A stretch of DNA of 64,000 nt. Origin: Clostridia bacterium (GTDB lineage Bacteria > Bacillota > Clostridia > UMGS1883 > UMGS1540). The notes beneath the pieces are model-generated. The model was not told the origin of the DNA. It searched no databases and was given only the letters and a program-made list of their open reading frames with translations. The stretch is from positions 24,360-88,359 of the forward strand of contig JAFSCR010000029.1 in NCBI GenBank assembly GCA_017436645.1, in the 5' to 3' direction. Positions within the stretch are counted from its first letter, which is position 1; each line of letters starts with the position of its first letter. A program made the translations under genes and the position numbers. Shown piece after piece: positions 1 through 9,918 of the stretch.

Positions 1-11
1 CAAAAAGAAAT

Positions 12-47
12 AAGGGGATGTAAATTTATTTACATCCCTCTTTTTTA
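12..47 (-). terminator. Rho-independent terminator after the AEC transporter gene, possibly bidirectional
   Basis: GGGATGTAAA (15-24) pairs with TTTACATCCC (29-38) around a 4-nt loop. A-rich on the left and T-run on the right. Confidence 0.7.
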
Positions 48-986
48 TAGAATACCAATATTCTTCATAATAAATACACCGAAAAAGACCATCAAAAAGC
101 TTAAGAACGTGCTAATGACAATGATGTTACCGTAAAGGTCATAATCGCCGCCCATATTTCGAATCATGGCGTACCCGGCCACGGCGGACGGCGCCGTCCA
201 AAATATGTAAAGAACGCCAAGATCCTCTCCGCTAAATCCCATAAAAATTGCCGGCACCAAAAAGAGAATCGGAAATAAGGCCGTTTTCAGAAAGGATGCG
301 GAAAAGGAAAGAGCCAAAGTTTCTTTAATATTTCCAAGGCGCATGGAGATACCCACGGTAATCAGGGACAAGGGAACACACATATCCCCAATATAGTTAA
401 CCGTTCTCAGGATGGGGGTAGGCATGGTAAACCCCGAAGCGCAGACGACTGTGCCTAAAACTGCCGCAATAATGATGGGATTTTTCAGAATGCCCATTAT
501 GGTGCTTTTGATGCCGCCCTTTTTATTGAGAAAGCCTTCCAGGCATATAACGGCAAAAATGTTTTGAAACACCATGCTTGCGGCTAAAATGACTGTGCCG
601 TTTGCCACGGCACCTGCCCCGAACAAAGCTTTTGTAAGCGGGAGCCCCAAAATGGCGTAATTGGCGCGGAAGGCCCCTTGGGAAAATGCCGCTCGGCGGC
701 GATTGTCCCGGGATACAAGACAGGCTATCCCCTGAGAGACGACAAACATCAAGGCCGAAGATGCAAGGGCATAAATTACCGTTCCTGCAGAAAAGTTTCC
801 CCCGAATTCTGCGGTGGCAATGTCACCAAATATCATTACGGGAAGGACAAGACGAAAAACCAAGGTTGTGGCCTTTTCACCGAACACCTCGTCCGCCACA
901 TTCCACTTCCGAAGGAAAATACCCAGACCTACTAAAAAGAATATGGGCACAACGCCGTTTATACAAATCCATAAATTTTCAATCAT
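45..986 (-). CDS. AEC (auxin efflux carrier) family permease
   Basis: 313-aa polytopic membrane ORF. The N-terminus (NGVVPIFFLVGLGIFLRK) and overall layout are typical of AEC/malate-permease-like transporters. Confidence 0.8.
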   Translation of the reverse strand: MIENLWICINGVVPIFFLVGLGIFLRKWNVADEVFGEKATTLVFRLVLPVMIFGDIATAEFGGNFSAGTVIYALASSALMFVVSQGIACLVSRDNRRRAAFSQGAFRANYAILGLPLTKALFGAGAVANGTVILAASMVFQNIFAVICLEGFLNKKGGIKSTIMGILKNPIIIAAVLGTVVCASGFTMPTPILRTVNYIGDMCVPLSLITVGISMRLGNIKETLALSFSASFLKTALFPILFLVPAIFMGFSGEDLGVLYIFWTAPSAVAGYAMIRNMGGDYDLYGNIIVISTFLSFLMVFFGVFIMKNIGIL

Positions 987-1104
987 TCCAAAAACCCTTT
1001 CGCTTCTTTATCTCTGTTATTTTACCCGATGTGCCATTTTTTGTCAATACGTTTTGCAATGAAGCGAAAAATATAGTATAATAAAGATAAAAGGAGGTGC
1101 CAAA

Positions 1105-2349
1105 ATGGATCGTCTGATTTTTCACATTGATGTAAACAGCGCATATTTATCCTGGGAAGCCGTGCGGCACCTTCAGAAAACAGGTGAGGACCTGCGCATA
1201 ATCCCTTCGGCGGTGGGCGGAAACCCCGAAAAGCGGACGGGGATTATTTTGGCAAAATCCATTCCCGCAAAAAAGCTGGGCGTAAAAACAGGGGAGCCCG
1301 TTTCCATGGCTCTGCGCAAATGTCCTGATTTGATTCTGGTTCCGCCCGATTTTTCCCTCTACGAAAAAAATTCCAAAGCATTTATGGATATTTGCAGAAA
1401 ATATGCACCCATCGTTGAAAAATTCTCCATTGACGAATGTTTTCTTGATATGACGGGCACGTCCCTTCTCTACCCCGATCCCATCGAAATTGCCCATCAT
1501 ATTAAAAATGAAATCCGGGATACGTTCGGGTTTACCGTAAATGTGGGCATCGGCGAAAACAAGCTTCTTGCCAAAATGGCAAGTGATTTTGAAAAGCCGG
1601 ACCGTGTGCACACCCTTTTCCGCCATGAACGCCCCGAAAAATTCTGGCCCCTTCCTATCGGCGATTTATTTATGACGGGAAAGGCAACGGCGGAAACACT
1701 TAAAAAACATAACATCCACACCATTGGTGACGCCAAAAATGCAGGGTCCCCCGCCCTTTGTGCCATGCTTGGTCCCAGACACGGCGCACAGCTTTTTGCC
1801 CGTGCCTCGGGGGAGGACGATTCTCCCGTTTTAGCCGAGCCGGAGGAGGCAAAGGGATACAGCATTTCCACAACGCTTGAGGAAGATATAAAAACGGCTG
1901 AAGATGCAAAACAGGTGTTGCTGGCCCTTGCCGACAGCGTTTCCGCACGCATGCGAGCGGACGGTATGCAGTGCTCTACCGTTACCGTCACCATTCGTTC
2001 CTTAGATTTCAAAAACCGTTCCCACGGTGAAACCTTATCTTTTCCAACAGATGTGACCATGGAAATATATACCCATGCCTGCCGTCTTTTTGATGCAGTC
2101 TGGGACAAGGTGACGCCCCTTCGTCTTTTGGGCATCGCTTTAACAAACCTTGAAAAGGAGGACGGTGCACAGCTCACCTTTTTCACCGACGAAAAGCGGG
2201 AAAAAGAAGGCAAAATGGATAAGGCCGTGGACCGCATCCGCTCCAGATTCGGCACGGGAAAGGTTGTCCGGGGCGGCATATATAAAACCGACCTTTCTGT
2301 AGGCAGGAAATATAAAGCACAAATGGAAAACAAAAAGGATAGCAAGTAG
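1105..2349 (+). CDS. dinB: DNA polymerase IV (Y-family translesion polymerase)
   Basis: IFHIDVNSAYLSWE, FSIDECFLDMTG and GIGENKLLAKMASD motifs. AGGAGG lies 7 nt upstream of the ATG. Confidence 0.92.
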   Translation: MDRLIFHIDVNSAYLSWEAVRHLQKTGEDLRIIPSAVGGNPEKRTGIILAKSIPAKKLGVKTGEPVSMALRKCPDLILVPPDFSLYEKNSKAFMDICRKYAPIVEKFSIDECFLDMTGTSLLYPDPIEIAHHIKNEIRDTFGFTVNVGIGENKLLAKMASDFEKPDRVHTLFRHERPEKFWPLPIGDLFMTGKATAETLKKHNIHTIGDAKNAGSPALCAMLGPRHGAQLFARASGEDDSPVLAEPEEAKGYSISTTLEEDIKTAEDAKQVLLALADSVSARMRADGMQCSTVTVTIRSLDFKNRSHGETLSFPTDVTMEIYTHACRLFDAVWDKVTPLRLLGIALTNLEKEDGAQLTFFTDEKREKEGKMDKAVDRIRSRFGTGKVVRGGIYKTDLSVGRKYKAQMENKKDSK

Positions 2350-2362
2350 CTATCCTTTTGTT

Positions 2363-2938
2363 TTATTTTTCAAGGAAATATGTAGCTTCCATATCCGCAG
2401 TCGAAAGTGCAAATGCAAGGGGGAACCGCTGGAAGGCTTCGCCTACGTTTCTCTGGTCCTCTGTACCGGCAAACCCCATGTGGTAGCGGATTGCAAAGGC
2501 TTCCTCTCTCGTAAGGCGCATAAATCCCGTAATAATATACACGGATTTTTCCCCGTGCCCGTACGGCAGGTCATCGCTGTACTCAAAGGTGGGGACAGAC
2601 TTCCATACGCCGTTTTCCTTTACGTTTCTTGTGCCCGGTTTATAACAGTTTACCTTGCAAAGGTCATGAAGAAGAGCGGCGATGGCAATGGATTCGTCCG
2701 ATGTGGCAAACCCATAGGTTTCTCTGACTCTTTCTCTCTCCATATAAGCCTTCAGGCAGTGATAAACGTTTACGCTGTGCTCACAAAGGCCGCCGGCATA
2801 GGCGCCGTGAAAGCGTGTGGAGGCAGGTGCCTCAAAAAAGTCGCTCTGGGGGGACTGGAGATATTCCAGCAGTTTATCTGCCCCTTCTCTTTTAATATTT
2901 TCTTGGTAAAGACTTAAAAACTCTTCCCTTTTATCCAT
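2363..2938 (-). CDS. HD-domain phosphohydrolase
   Basis: RFHGAYAGGLCEHS and ALLHDLCK motifs. Start moved to the internal ATG at 2938, which is preceded by GAGGAG. Confidence 0.75.
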   Translation of the reverse strand: MDKREEFLSLYQENIKREGADKLLEYLQSPQSDFFEAPASTRFHGAYAGGLCEHSVNVYHCLKAYMERERVRETYGFATSDESIAIAALLHDLCKVNCYKPGTRNVKENGVWKSVPTFEYSDDLPYGHGEKSVYIITGFMRLTREEAFAIRYHMGFAGTEDQRNVGEAFQRFPLAFALSTADMEATYFLEK

Positions 2939-2942
2939 ACTT

Positions 2943-3236
2943 TCACTCCTCTGTCTTTTTTCGTCTTCGTTTTTTGATAACCAGTTTCCGGCTGGGGCCG
3001 AGGGCTGCACAAAGGTGCATCCACACAGCGTCCTTGCACTCTTTTTTAAATCGTCGCAGGGAGCCGTCCCCCGTATAGCCTACTACCATTTTCTTTCCCG
3101 AGAGGCGCAGAAACACAAAATCTTCTGCCCAAGTGTCATAAAGCGTCTCCGGCATGGTACGTTTAAGACGCGCATGTATTTCTTTTTGTACTTTTTCAGA
3201 ACGAAGATTTTGTTCGTTTGTTTTCATACTCCCCAC
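2943..3236 (-). CDS. Small protein with a DnaA N-terminal-domain-like pattern and a basic tail
   Basis: 97-aa ORF abutting the HD gene. The YDTWAEDFVFLRLSGKKMVVGY pattern resembles DnaA_N. The start codon is uncertain (GTG 3236 or ATG 3227). Confidence 0.4.
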   Translation of the reverse strand: MGSMKTNEQNLRSEKVQKEIHARLKRTMPETLYDTWAEDFVFLRLSGKKMVVGYTGDGSLRRFKKECKDAVWMHLCAALGPSRKLVIKKRRRKKTEE

Positions 3237-3245
3237 GCCCTTCCG

Positions 3246-4037
3246 TTATTTATACTGTATGTCCGTGCCGATAAAACCGGCATGTTTAAAATCTTCCGGA
3301 TTGTGACGGACAATATAATCTATATACGAATCAATAATCTGTGCCGTCAGAATATACCCACTGGGATTTAGGTGGTAATGGAGATAAAACTTTTCCTTGA
3401 ATTTTGCATCGTGCACCGGTCCGTATTTATATAAATCAATGACGTATGCATTATCAAAATAATCGGCAAGCTGATACAGTGTGTTAATAATGCCGAAGGT
3501 TTTTTCATCCCGTTCGGGGGTATCGGTGTTTGGAACGGTTACAAAAAAGAACTTGGCATCAGGGCTTACTTCCTTTAGGCGACTTACAATGTGCGCATAA
3601 CATCCCAGAAACGTTTCCTTGTTCTTTTTGTAGTCTTCCCTGTCGATATCGTCCATAGAGCCGATTTCCATATTGAGGCGTTTGCCGTAAATGTCATTTA
3701 CACCGAGGGCAATAACATAAGCCTGACAGGCCTTTTCCTCGCTCCATGCGCCGCATTCATCCCCAAAGTAGTTTACAAACCCTAAGGTGGACATACCGCC
3801 TTTTGAGAAGTTATAAGCCTTGAGACCATTTTTTCTTGCAATATACTGCCCCCAGGAATATTCATATAAATCATGAAAATGGCGAGTACCGTCTGCATCC
3901 ACCGTTTCAAACTCACCGGAGGAAAGGCTGTCCCCAACAAAGCCTATGGTGCGGAACACAGAAGTGTGGCTGTAGCCTGTCACCAGTCTGTCAAGGGGTT
4001 TTTCGTTTTCATTAAAAAGTTCCTTTTCCCAGTCCAT
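3246..4037 (-). CDS. SGNH/GDSL-family hydrolase
   Basis: FVGDSLSSGE (block I Ser) and ALGVNDIYG (block III). Start at ATG 4037 after AAGGAGGGG. Confidence 0.8.
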   Translation of the reverse strand: MDWEKELFNENEKPLDRLVTGYSHTSVFRTIGFVGDSLSSGEFETVDADGTRHFHDLYEYSWGQYIARKNGLKAYNFSKGGMSTLGFVNYFGDECGAWSEEKACQAYVIALGVNDIYGKRLNMEIGSMDDIDREDYKKNKETFLGCYAHIVSRLKEVSPDAKFFFVTVPNTDTPERDEKTFGIINTLYQLADYFDNAYVIDLYKYGPVHDAKFKEKFYLHYHLNPSGYILTAQIIDSYIDYIVRHNPEDFKHAGFIGTDIQYK

Positions 4038-4203
4038 ATCGTCCCCTCCTTTGTATTTTAAATCAAGTTTACCATAAATACCCGGCAAAGTCAACGCCCC
4101 GGGAAAGAAACTTTTTCCGAGGCGGTTTTCTGTCGTAAAACCGATATGGTCTCCCTAAAGTAAAAAGACAACTCCAAAATGAAAAGTTGCCTTTTTGCTT
4201 TTA

Positions 4204-4827
4204 TTAATACAATTTTGTAAATTCAAAAGAGCTGTCAATGCCAAGTTTTTTCAGTGCTTCATCCTTTTTATTTGCGATATCCCTGTCCAAGCGGTCAAAA
4301 TAGTTATTGCCCTCACAGTCAATATCCACAATGAAGGGGCCTAAATCATGCAGCTTAAAAAACCATGCCGCCTCGATTCTGCCGAGCTCGTCATAAAGAT
4401 ATACGTCCTGCACTTCAATGGAGTCAATCCATAAGTTGGGGCTTACCGAGCGGGGTGAAACATGAACACACTTCTTTTCTTTCATCATTTTTGCGGTTTT
4501 TTCACCCATTGTAGTTTTTCCTACAATCATTTTAAGACCCCATTCCTCCACGCTTTTTGCACCCCATTTTTCAAAGCGGATGCTTGATGTGGGCATAAAG
4601 GACATAAGCTTCCATTTTCCGTTTTCCCGAATCACAATAGGTCCGTTGTGGATTAAAACATTTCTGTCTTTCGTATCAAAAGGCAAAACATTGTTTTCAT
4701 CAAAAATGTACTTTTGGAGTCTGGAGCGGCAAGTGAAACATTCACCGCTAATATATACCGTGTCGCCAAGTTTTAATTTTTTTACATCGTCATCTGAAAG
4801 CGGCGATGTTAAATGATATTCTGCCAT
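4204..4827 (-). CDS. Fe-S type hydro-lyase beta subunit (class I fumarate hydratase / tartrate dehydratase C-terminal type)
   Basis: The MAEYHLTSPLSDDDVKKLKLGDTVYISGECFTCR N-terminus is typical of FumA C-terminal/TtdB-type subunits. RBS is AGGAGGA. Confidence 0.8.
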   Translation of the reverse strand: MAEYHLTSPLSDDDVKKLKLGDTVYISGECFTCRSRLQKYIFDENNVLPFDTKDRNVLIHNGPIVIRENGKWKLMSFMPTSSIRFEKWGAKSVEEWGLKMIVGKTTMGEKTAKMMKEKKCVHVSPRSVSPNLWIDSIEVQDVYLYDELGRIEAAWFFKLHDLGPFIVDIDCEGNNYFDRLDRDIANKKDEALKKLGIDSSFEFTKLY

Positions 4828-4837
4828 ATATATCCTC

Positions 4838-5755
4838 CTATCTGTCGCCAAACCAGTTGGGACTCATCATTTTCGTTACTGTACCGTTTGCATCAATTTT
4901 TGAAGATGCACGGCGGGCAACCATACAGTTTGTACTGGTGGCACAGGCAATGCCTGCGATGTGGGTATAGGCATATTCTACATTTACGGCAAGAACAGAG
5001 GTGCTGCCGCCTGCACCTAAAATACCAATTCCCAAACTGTTGATTGCTTCGTACAAATCTTCTTCAATTTTTGCAAACATGGGGTCCGGATGCTTTGAGC
5101 CCACCGTTCGAAGGCACGCCGCCTCTTTTGCTAAGTTTGCCGCAACGTTCGCCGTTCCGCCGATTCCTATACCAAGTACAGACGGCGGACATACTGCACC
5201 TGCACGGGCTGATGCCACAAAGCTGTCAATTACAAATTTTTCGATACCTTTGATGCCGTCAGCAAACGCTACGATTCTATGCCTTGTGCCGCCAAAGCAT
5301 TCACTGCCGCCGCCTTTCGCCGCATAAGAAATCTCAATAGAATCTCCGTCTACAAACTGATATGTAAAATCCGGAATGTTCATACCGATGTTATTGCCGG
5401 GGTCATATCCTGTTAAAGGATGCTTCATAGTTGCTCTTAAATACCCAAGCTCCGTTGCCTTTGCAACAGCACGTCTTGCCGCATTTTCAAGTTCCACAAA
5501 GCCGCCCTCAAGCTCGCATTTGTTGCCCACTTTAAAGTAAAAAATAGGCCATCCCGTGTCTACACAAAGGGGGTTTTCTCTCTCCTTTGACATTTCCATG
5601 CTTTTTAAAGTGGCTTCAAGGCCATATTTGGCGTCAGGGTTTTCTTCTTTTTCTATTGCTTTCATAAAAGCGTCCTTTACATCAGGAGAAATCTCTGTTG
5701 CCCCGCGCTTAACCGTTTCAAAAAGCGCCTTTTCATAAACTTCTGTTTTAATCAT
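4838..5755 (-). CDS. Fe-S type hydro-lyase alpha subunit (fumarate hydratase / tartrate dehydratase N-terminal type)
   Basis: About 305 aa containing CVDTGWPIFYFKVG and GIGIGGT motifs, directly upstream of the beta subunit. Confidence 0.8.
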   Translation of the reverse strand: MIKTEVYEKALFETVKRGATEISPDVKDAFMKAIEKEENPDAKYGLEATLKSMEMSKERENPLCVDTGWPIFYFKVGNKCELEGGFVELENAARRAVAKATELGYLRATMKHPLTGYDPGNNIGMNIPDFTYQFVDGDSIEISYAAKGGGSECFGGTRHRIVAFADGIKGIEKFVIDSFVASARAGAVCPPSVLGIGIGGTANVAANLAKEAACLRTVGSKHPDPMFAKIEEDLYEAINSLGIGILGAGGSTSVLAVNVEYAYTHIAGIACATSTNCMVARRASSKIDANGTVTKMMSPNWFGDR

Positions 5756-5773
5756 TTCATCCTCCAAGTATTA

Positions 5774-7270
5774 TTACTGTTCAATAGAATCCACTTCTTC
5801 CAAGGGAAGAATAGGGTGTTCTACGTTTTTATACGGGTATAGTTTTAAATTTATGGGGCACTGTCCCGGTGGGTCTGCAGTCACAATGGCATCGGCACGG
5901 CCGGCGAAATAACCACGAAAATGATTCATGGATTTGAGGCCCAGTATTTTGTACTGCGACATGTCGCACCCTGTCATAATAAATGGGCGGTCGTCATAGG
6001 TCTGAAACCTGTCCGACACAATGATAAGTTCCACATTTCCCTGCCGCAGCCTTACTGTTTTTCCATAGTCCATGGGTGCGCCAAAATTGATTGGTGCTGC
6101 AGAAATCAGCTTTCCGTTTGAAAAATTTATGATTTCTGCATCTTGTAGTTTTATTGGTTCGCCGCCGATGGGGTCTACCCGGCCCCCAACCTCGATACTG
6201 ACCACATCTCCTACCTTATGGTTGTCAAATAAATATTTGACGGCAGCACTATCGCAAAGGGGCCCCATAATCGTTCCCGGAATATTTCTTCGAAGCATTT
6301 CACGAAGTAAATGGGTTCCGTCACCCGGGGCGCCGCCGCCGGGATTATCGGAAGCTTCGTTTATGACTACATAGCCGTCCTTTACCTTGGAAAGTGCTTC
6401 GTCCATGGCTTCTTCAGCTGACAAGGACGGTTCTGCAAAGTCGTACCTTCTCTGCCAGACAAAATCTGCAATTTCTTCTGCTTCTTTTTTGGGCACATAA
6501 CCATCTGCCACCGTCAGCACAGAGCAGGAAGAGCATGGGCAATCGGCTGCAGAAAAACCAAAAAAGAAAGTGGCATCTATAAGATTATACTTTTTTACAC
6601 ACTCTGCCGTAAATTCCATAATTTCTTTGCCCGGGCCGCTTACGGTTCTTCCCGTTGTTGCCGGAATGAGAAGCGGTATTCTTTTTAAATACATTTTGGG
6701 ATTTACTTCTCCACGGATCTGGCGAATTAAGTTTTTGGTAGCCTTGTAGCCTGCTTCTTCGCAGTCGATATGCGGAACTGTCTTGATGCCGTAAAGCCCG
6801 TTCGAAAGGCGCAGCATATCCTGACTTAAGTTCCCGTGGGCATCCAAGGACGACGTCATCGGAATCTCCCCGATAACCTCTCGCATTCTCTGAAAGCTGT
6901 ACCGTTCTAAATCAAGGTCAATTTCCGAGCATCCGCCGCCGTGGACGGCAAAAAACACGCCGTCAAATTCTCCCATGTGTTTTTTCACATCTTCTGTTAT
7001 GTGGTCCATAACATAGGAGGCACATTCTTCTGTCATTATGGGTCCTGCGCCAAAATTACCGCCACGGGTTGCTAAATCAACAGGGAGCGCCTCTGCCCCT
7101 TCTTCTTCAATGGCCTTCAGTGCGCCGCCTAAATATGTGGCTGTTCCTTTAAACTGGGCGATGACATCTTCTCCTTTAACCCAGCCCTTGGGAACCAATG
7201 TTTCAAATGAAGTTTTTCCCACGGCAAAGCTATTTGTTTCATTTCCAAATTGCGTTAGAAGTATTTTCAT
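5774..7270 (-). CDS. M81 family metallopeptidase (MlrC-like)
   Basis: MKILLTQFGNETNSF N-terminus and a length of about 498 aa, as in MlrC/DUF1485 proteins. Start at ATG 7270. Confidence 0.7.
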   Translation of the reverse strand: MKILLTQFGNETNSFAVGKTSFETLVPKGWVKGEDVIAQFKGTATYLGGALKAIEEEGAEALPVDLATRGGNFGAGPIMTEECASYVMDHITEDVKKHMGEFDGVFFAVHGGGCSEIDLDLERYSFQRMREVIGEIPMTSSLDAHGNLSQDMLRLSNGLYGIKTVPHIDCEEAGYKATKNLIRQIRGEVNPKMYLKRIPLLIPATTGRTVSGPGKEIMEFTAECVKKYNLIDATFFFGFSAADCPCSSCSVLTVADGYVPKKEAEEIADFVWQRRYDFAEPSLSAEEAMDEALSKVKDGYVVINEASDNPGGGAPGDGTHLLREMLRRNIPGTIMGPLCDSAAVKYLFDNHKVGDVVSIEVGGRVDPIGGEPIKLQDAEIINFSNGKLISAAPINFGAPMDYGKTVRLRQGNVELIIVSDRFQTYDDRPFIMTGCDMSQYKILGLKSMNHFRGYFAGRADAIVTADPPGQCPINLKLYPYKNVEHPILPLEEVDSIEQ

Positions 7271-7297
7271 CTTATTTTCTCCTGACATGTTTTTCGC

Positions 7298-7597
7298 TTA
7301 TAACATGATATTTGCAAGCGGCATATGCTGCTGACAGCCGTATATGTCGTTATCCTGAAGACTGCCGCTTATATTTTTTCTGGGGAATGTAATTTTAATG
7401 GAATTTACCACGCCGTAGGATATGATATCTATTTTTTCTTCACTGACATCATACGCCTTTGCAATGTCAGCTTTTTTAAGTTTTTCTTCTACATACTGCA
7501 TATCTTCTCTTGTGTTGAAAATCAAATCAAATGTAATAAAAAGCGGACCGGCGTTTTTGCTTCTCAATATTTTTGTATACTCTATCAGTTTTTTCAT
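7298..7597 (-). CDS. DUF4387-family small protein
   Basis: 99 aa with LRSKNAGPLFITFDLIF. Its start overlaps the stop of the upstream DUF1446 gene by 4 nt, the usual pairing for these families. Confidence 0.65.
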   Translation of the reverse strand: MKKLIEYTKILRSKNAGPLFITFDLIFNTREDMQYVEEKLKKADIAKAYDVSEEKIDIISYGVVNSIKITFPRKNISGSLQDNDIYGCQQHMPLANIML

Positions 7598-8913
7598 TTT
7601 CCGACCTCCTCAACCGAAATTTTTGAAGTTTCAAGTAGGCTATCTACCTTTGCAAGGTGGAACACCGAAAATTCGTAAACCGGTCCCACATGAATATCGC
7701 TCGGCGAGAACGGGAAAGCAAGATTGCCTGCCGTAGATTTTCTTCCCGCATAATCGCAGTGAAGCATACGGCTTCGGGCCAGCGCACAGACCGTATCGGC
7801 GATTTCCTGCGTTTTGCCGACGATATCTATGATTACGCCTAAAGAGCTGTCCACGCCGCCGGTGCGTCTAAAGTGAATCTCGTAGCTGTTTTCAGGAAGT
7901 GTGTTTTTTGTATTTTCTTTCACAAATTCCGTAACCGTGTTTATGATTAAATCAATATTTTCAATGGTTTTGGTATCATAAATTGTGGCAGGGCTGATGG
8001 TTCTGAAGCCTGCACATTTTACGCCTTCCAGCTTTAAAGTTTTTTCTTCTGCTTCTTTAAATTCCGAGCCTGTAACTCTTACTGTGCGCGCATCAACCTG
8101 TTCAAATTTGGAATTTGTCAAATCACAAACGCCGTCAGGCTCATAGATTAAGTATGGGTTTGACTGCTCATAAAGTGTATGTGCCGCTACCCTGTCAACG
8201 GTGCATTTCCGGATTGGATTTGCAGGGCGAAGCTCGAAGTAATCGTCATACATATACCCTTGCATAACGTCTGCCGCCGCCACGGGTTCCGAGCACATTG
8301 CGCCACATTCCATAATTTTTGCCATGTGAAAGGCAAGACCTTCTTTATATCCTTCATATATACAGGGTGCCGCATAAATTGCAGTGTCACATGCACGGCC
8401 GCAAAGAATAACATCCGCTTTCTCTTCAAGTAATTTTATAATCGGCGCAATGCCGATTTGGCTGACAATGCGTGTGCTTTCCTTTATGCAATCTCTGTCT
8501 GCCGGAAATTCACTGCTCATATCCATAAGCTTTCCGCTTTCGAATTTTTCGAGTACGTATTCCGTCGTAACATCACTTAGAATGACACCTAATTTGAAGC
8601 TTAAATTCTGTTCCTTTGCAACCTCAAGAAGGATTTCTTTCAGCCATGCCACGTGCGCTGCGCCGCCTGCACCGCCTGCCGTACCGATAATAAAGGGTGC
8701 TTTGTGGTCTAACGCCTTAGGAAGCGCCAGTCCTAAATCCCTTTTTACAGCGCCACGGTCTGTAAATGATTTTCCGCTGCCAAGATAATAGGGACCGGGG
8801 TCAGTAGAGCCGGCATCAACACCAAGATAATCAACTTTTTCCGAAAAAGCCACATTTAAAGCTTCTTCGCTGTAGCCATAACCTAAAAGTCCGTTTAATG
8901 CAACAATTTTCAT
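7594..8913 (-). CDS. DUF1446 / AtuA-like (acyclic terpene utilisation family) protein
   Basis: 439 aa with an LGYGYSEEALN...GVDAGSTDPGPYYLGSG N-terminal signature. Confidence 0.7.
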   Translation of the reverse strand: MKIVALNGLLGYGYSEEALNVAFSEKVDYLGVDAGSTDPGPYYLGSGKSFTDRGAVKRDLGLALPKALDHKAPFIIGTAGGAGGAAHVAWLKEILLEVAKEQNLSFKLGVILSDVTTEYVLEKFESGKLMDMSSEFPADRDCIKESTRIVSQIGIAPIIKLLEEKADVILCGRACDTAIYAAPCIYEGYKEGLAFHMAKIMECGAMCSEPVAAADVMQGYMYDDYFELRPANPIRKCTVDRVAAHTLYEQSNPYLIYEPDGVCDLTNSKFEQVDARTVRVTGSEFKEAEEKTLKLEGVKCAGFRTISPATIYDTKTIENIDLIINTVTEFVKENTKNTLPENSYEIHFRRTGGVDSSLGVIIDIVGKTQEIADTVCALARSRMLHCDYAGRKSTAGNLAFPFSPSDIHVGPVYEFSVFHLAKVDSLLETSKISVEEVGK

Positions 8914-9031
8914 ATTAACACTCCTTTTATATTCATTCTATCATAGGCGCAATGAAAAGTATTGCATTTTGTATTTTATATATTGCAAATAATATGTACT
9001 TATGATAAAATTACCTTGAGGTGAAAAGCGA

Positions 9032-9886
9032 ATGGATATTAAACATTTTGTACTTTCCTATTACAATAACTCGGCAGAAAACTTTCATATTCAAAAAGTA
9101 GAAAACGCATATGAAGCAAAAAAGCCCCACACCCACGATTATTTTCAGATTTATTATATTGCAAACGGCAGTCTCCAGCACTTCGTAGAACATAGTTCTT
9201 CCAAATTGCACCAGGGGGACATGTTTATCGTGCCTCCCGGCGTCGTTCACTATATCGCACCCGAAATAAACACCGTGTTTTATTCTTTTTCTTTTATGCC
9301 TGATTTTTTAAGCGAAGCAAACCAGTCCGGTAAGCTTTGCGCACTCTTTCTCCGGAATCTCCTTTCGGACAAGAACATTCTTCCCAAAGTATCCATCGGC
9401 TCCGAGGACATATTTTATATGGAATCCATCATGGAAAGAATGCTGCATGAATTTAACTCGAAAGACTTTGGTTTTAGTGAAATCATTCATTCTTATGCCG
9501 TTTTGCTGGTCTCGGCTTTAGCTCGAAACTATTTTAAAAAAAATACATTGCCCGAATATTTTGACAACAGCAAGCAATTCGTATTGCATTGTGTCAGATA
9601 CATCGAAAATAATTTTACCGAGCACATTACCCTTGACGAAATTTCAAAGCTCTCCGCCATGTCAAAAAACAGCTTTTGCGAGCTTTTTTATAAGCTTACA
9701 GGCCATTCATTTAACAGCTACTTAAATATCTGTCGAATAAAAAAAGCCACAGAATACATAAAGGACGGTTATAAAATAACCGCCATTTACGGACTCTGTG
9801 GGTATACTGATTTTTCAACCTTTTATCGTAATTTCAAAAAAATAATGGGTGTATCTCCAAATGAATTCAAAAAGAAGAGCCTGTAG
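9032..9886 (+). CDS. AraC-family transcriptional regulator with an N-terminal cupin sensor
   Basis: Cupin-like N-terminal half (HTHDYFQIYYIANG). C-terminal double HTH (ISKLSAMSKNSFCELF ... GYTDFSTFYRNFKK). Divergent from the DUF1446 operon. Confidence 0.88.
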   Translation: MDIKHFVLSYYNNSAENFHIQKVENAYEAKKPHTHDYFQIYYIANGSLQHFVEHSSSKLHQGDMFIVPPGVVHYIAPEINTVFYSFSFMPDFLSEANQSGKLCALFLRNLLSDKNILPKVSIGSEDIFYMESIMERMLHEFNSKDFGFSEIIHSYAVLLVSALARNYFKKNTLPEYFDNSKQFVLHCVRYIENNFTEHITLDEISKLSAMSKNSFCELFYKLTGHSFNSYLNICRIKKATEYIKDGYKITAIYGLCGYTDFSTFYRNFKKIMGVSPNEFKKKSL

Positions 9887-9918
9887 AATGTTTTTCGCTT
9901 TGCTCAAAACTCAATATG

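Noticed and set aside
987-1104. LexA (Cheo box, GAAC-N4-GTTC) operator upstream of dinB
   Set aside because: No GAAC-N4-GTTC-like palindrome is visible in the 118-nt upstream region.
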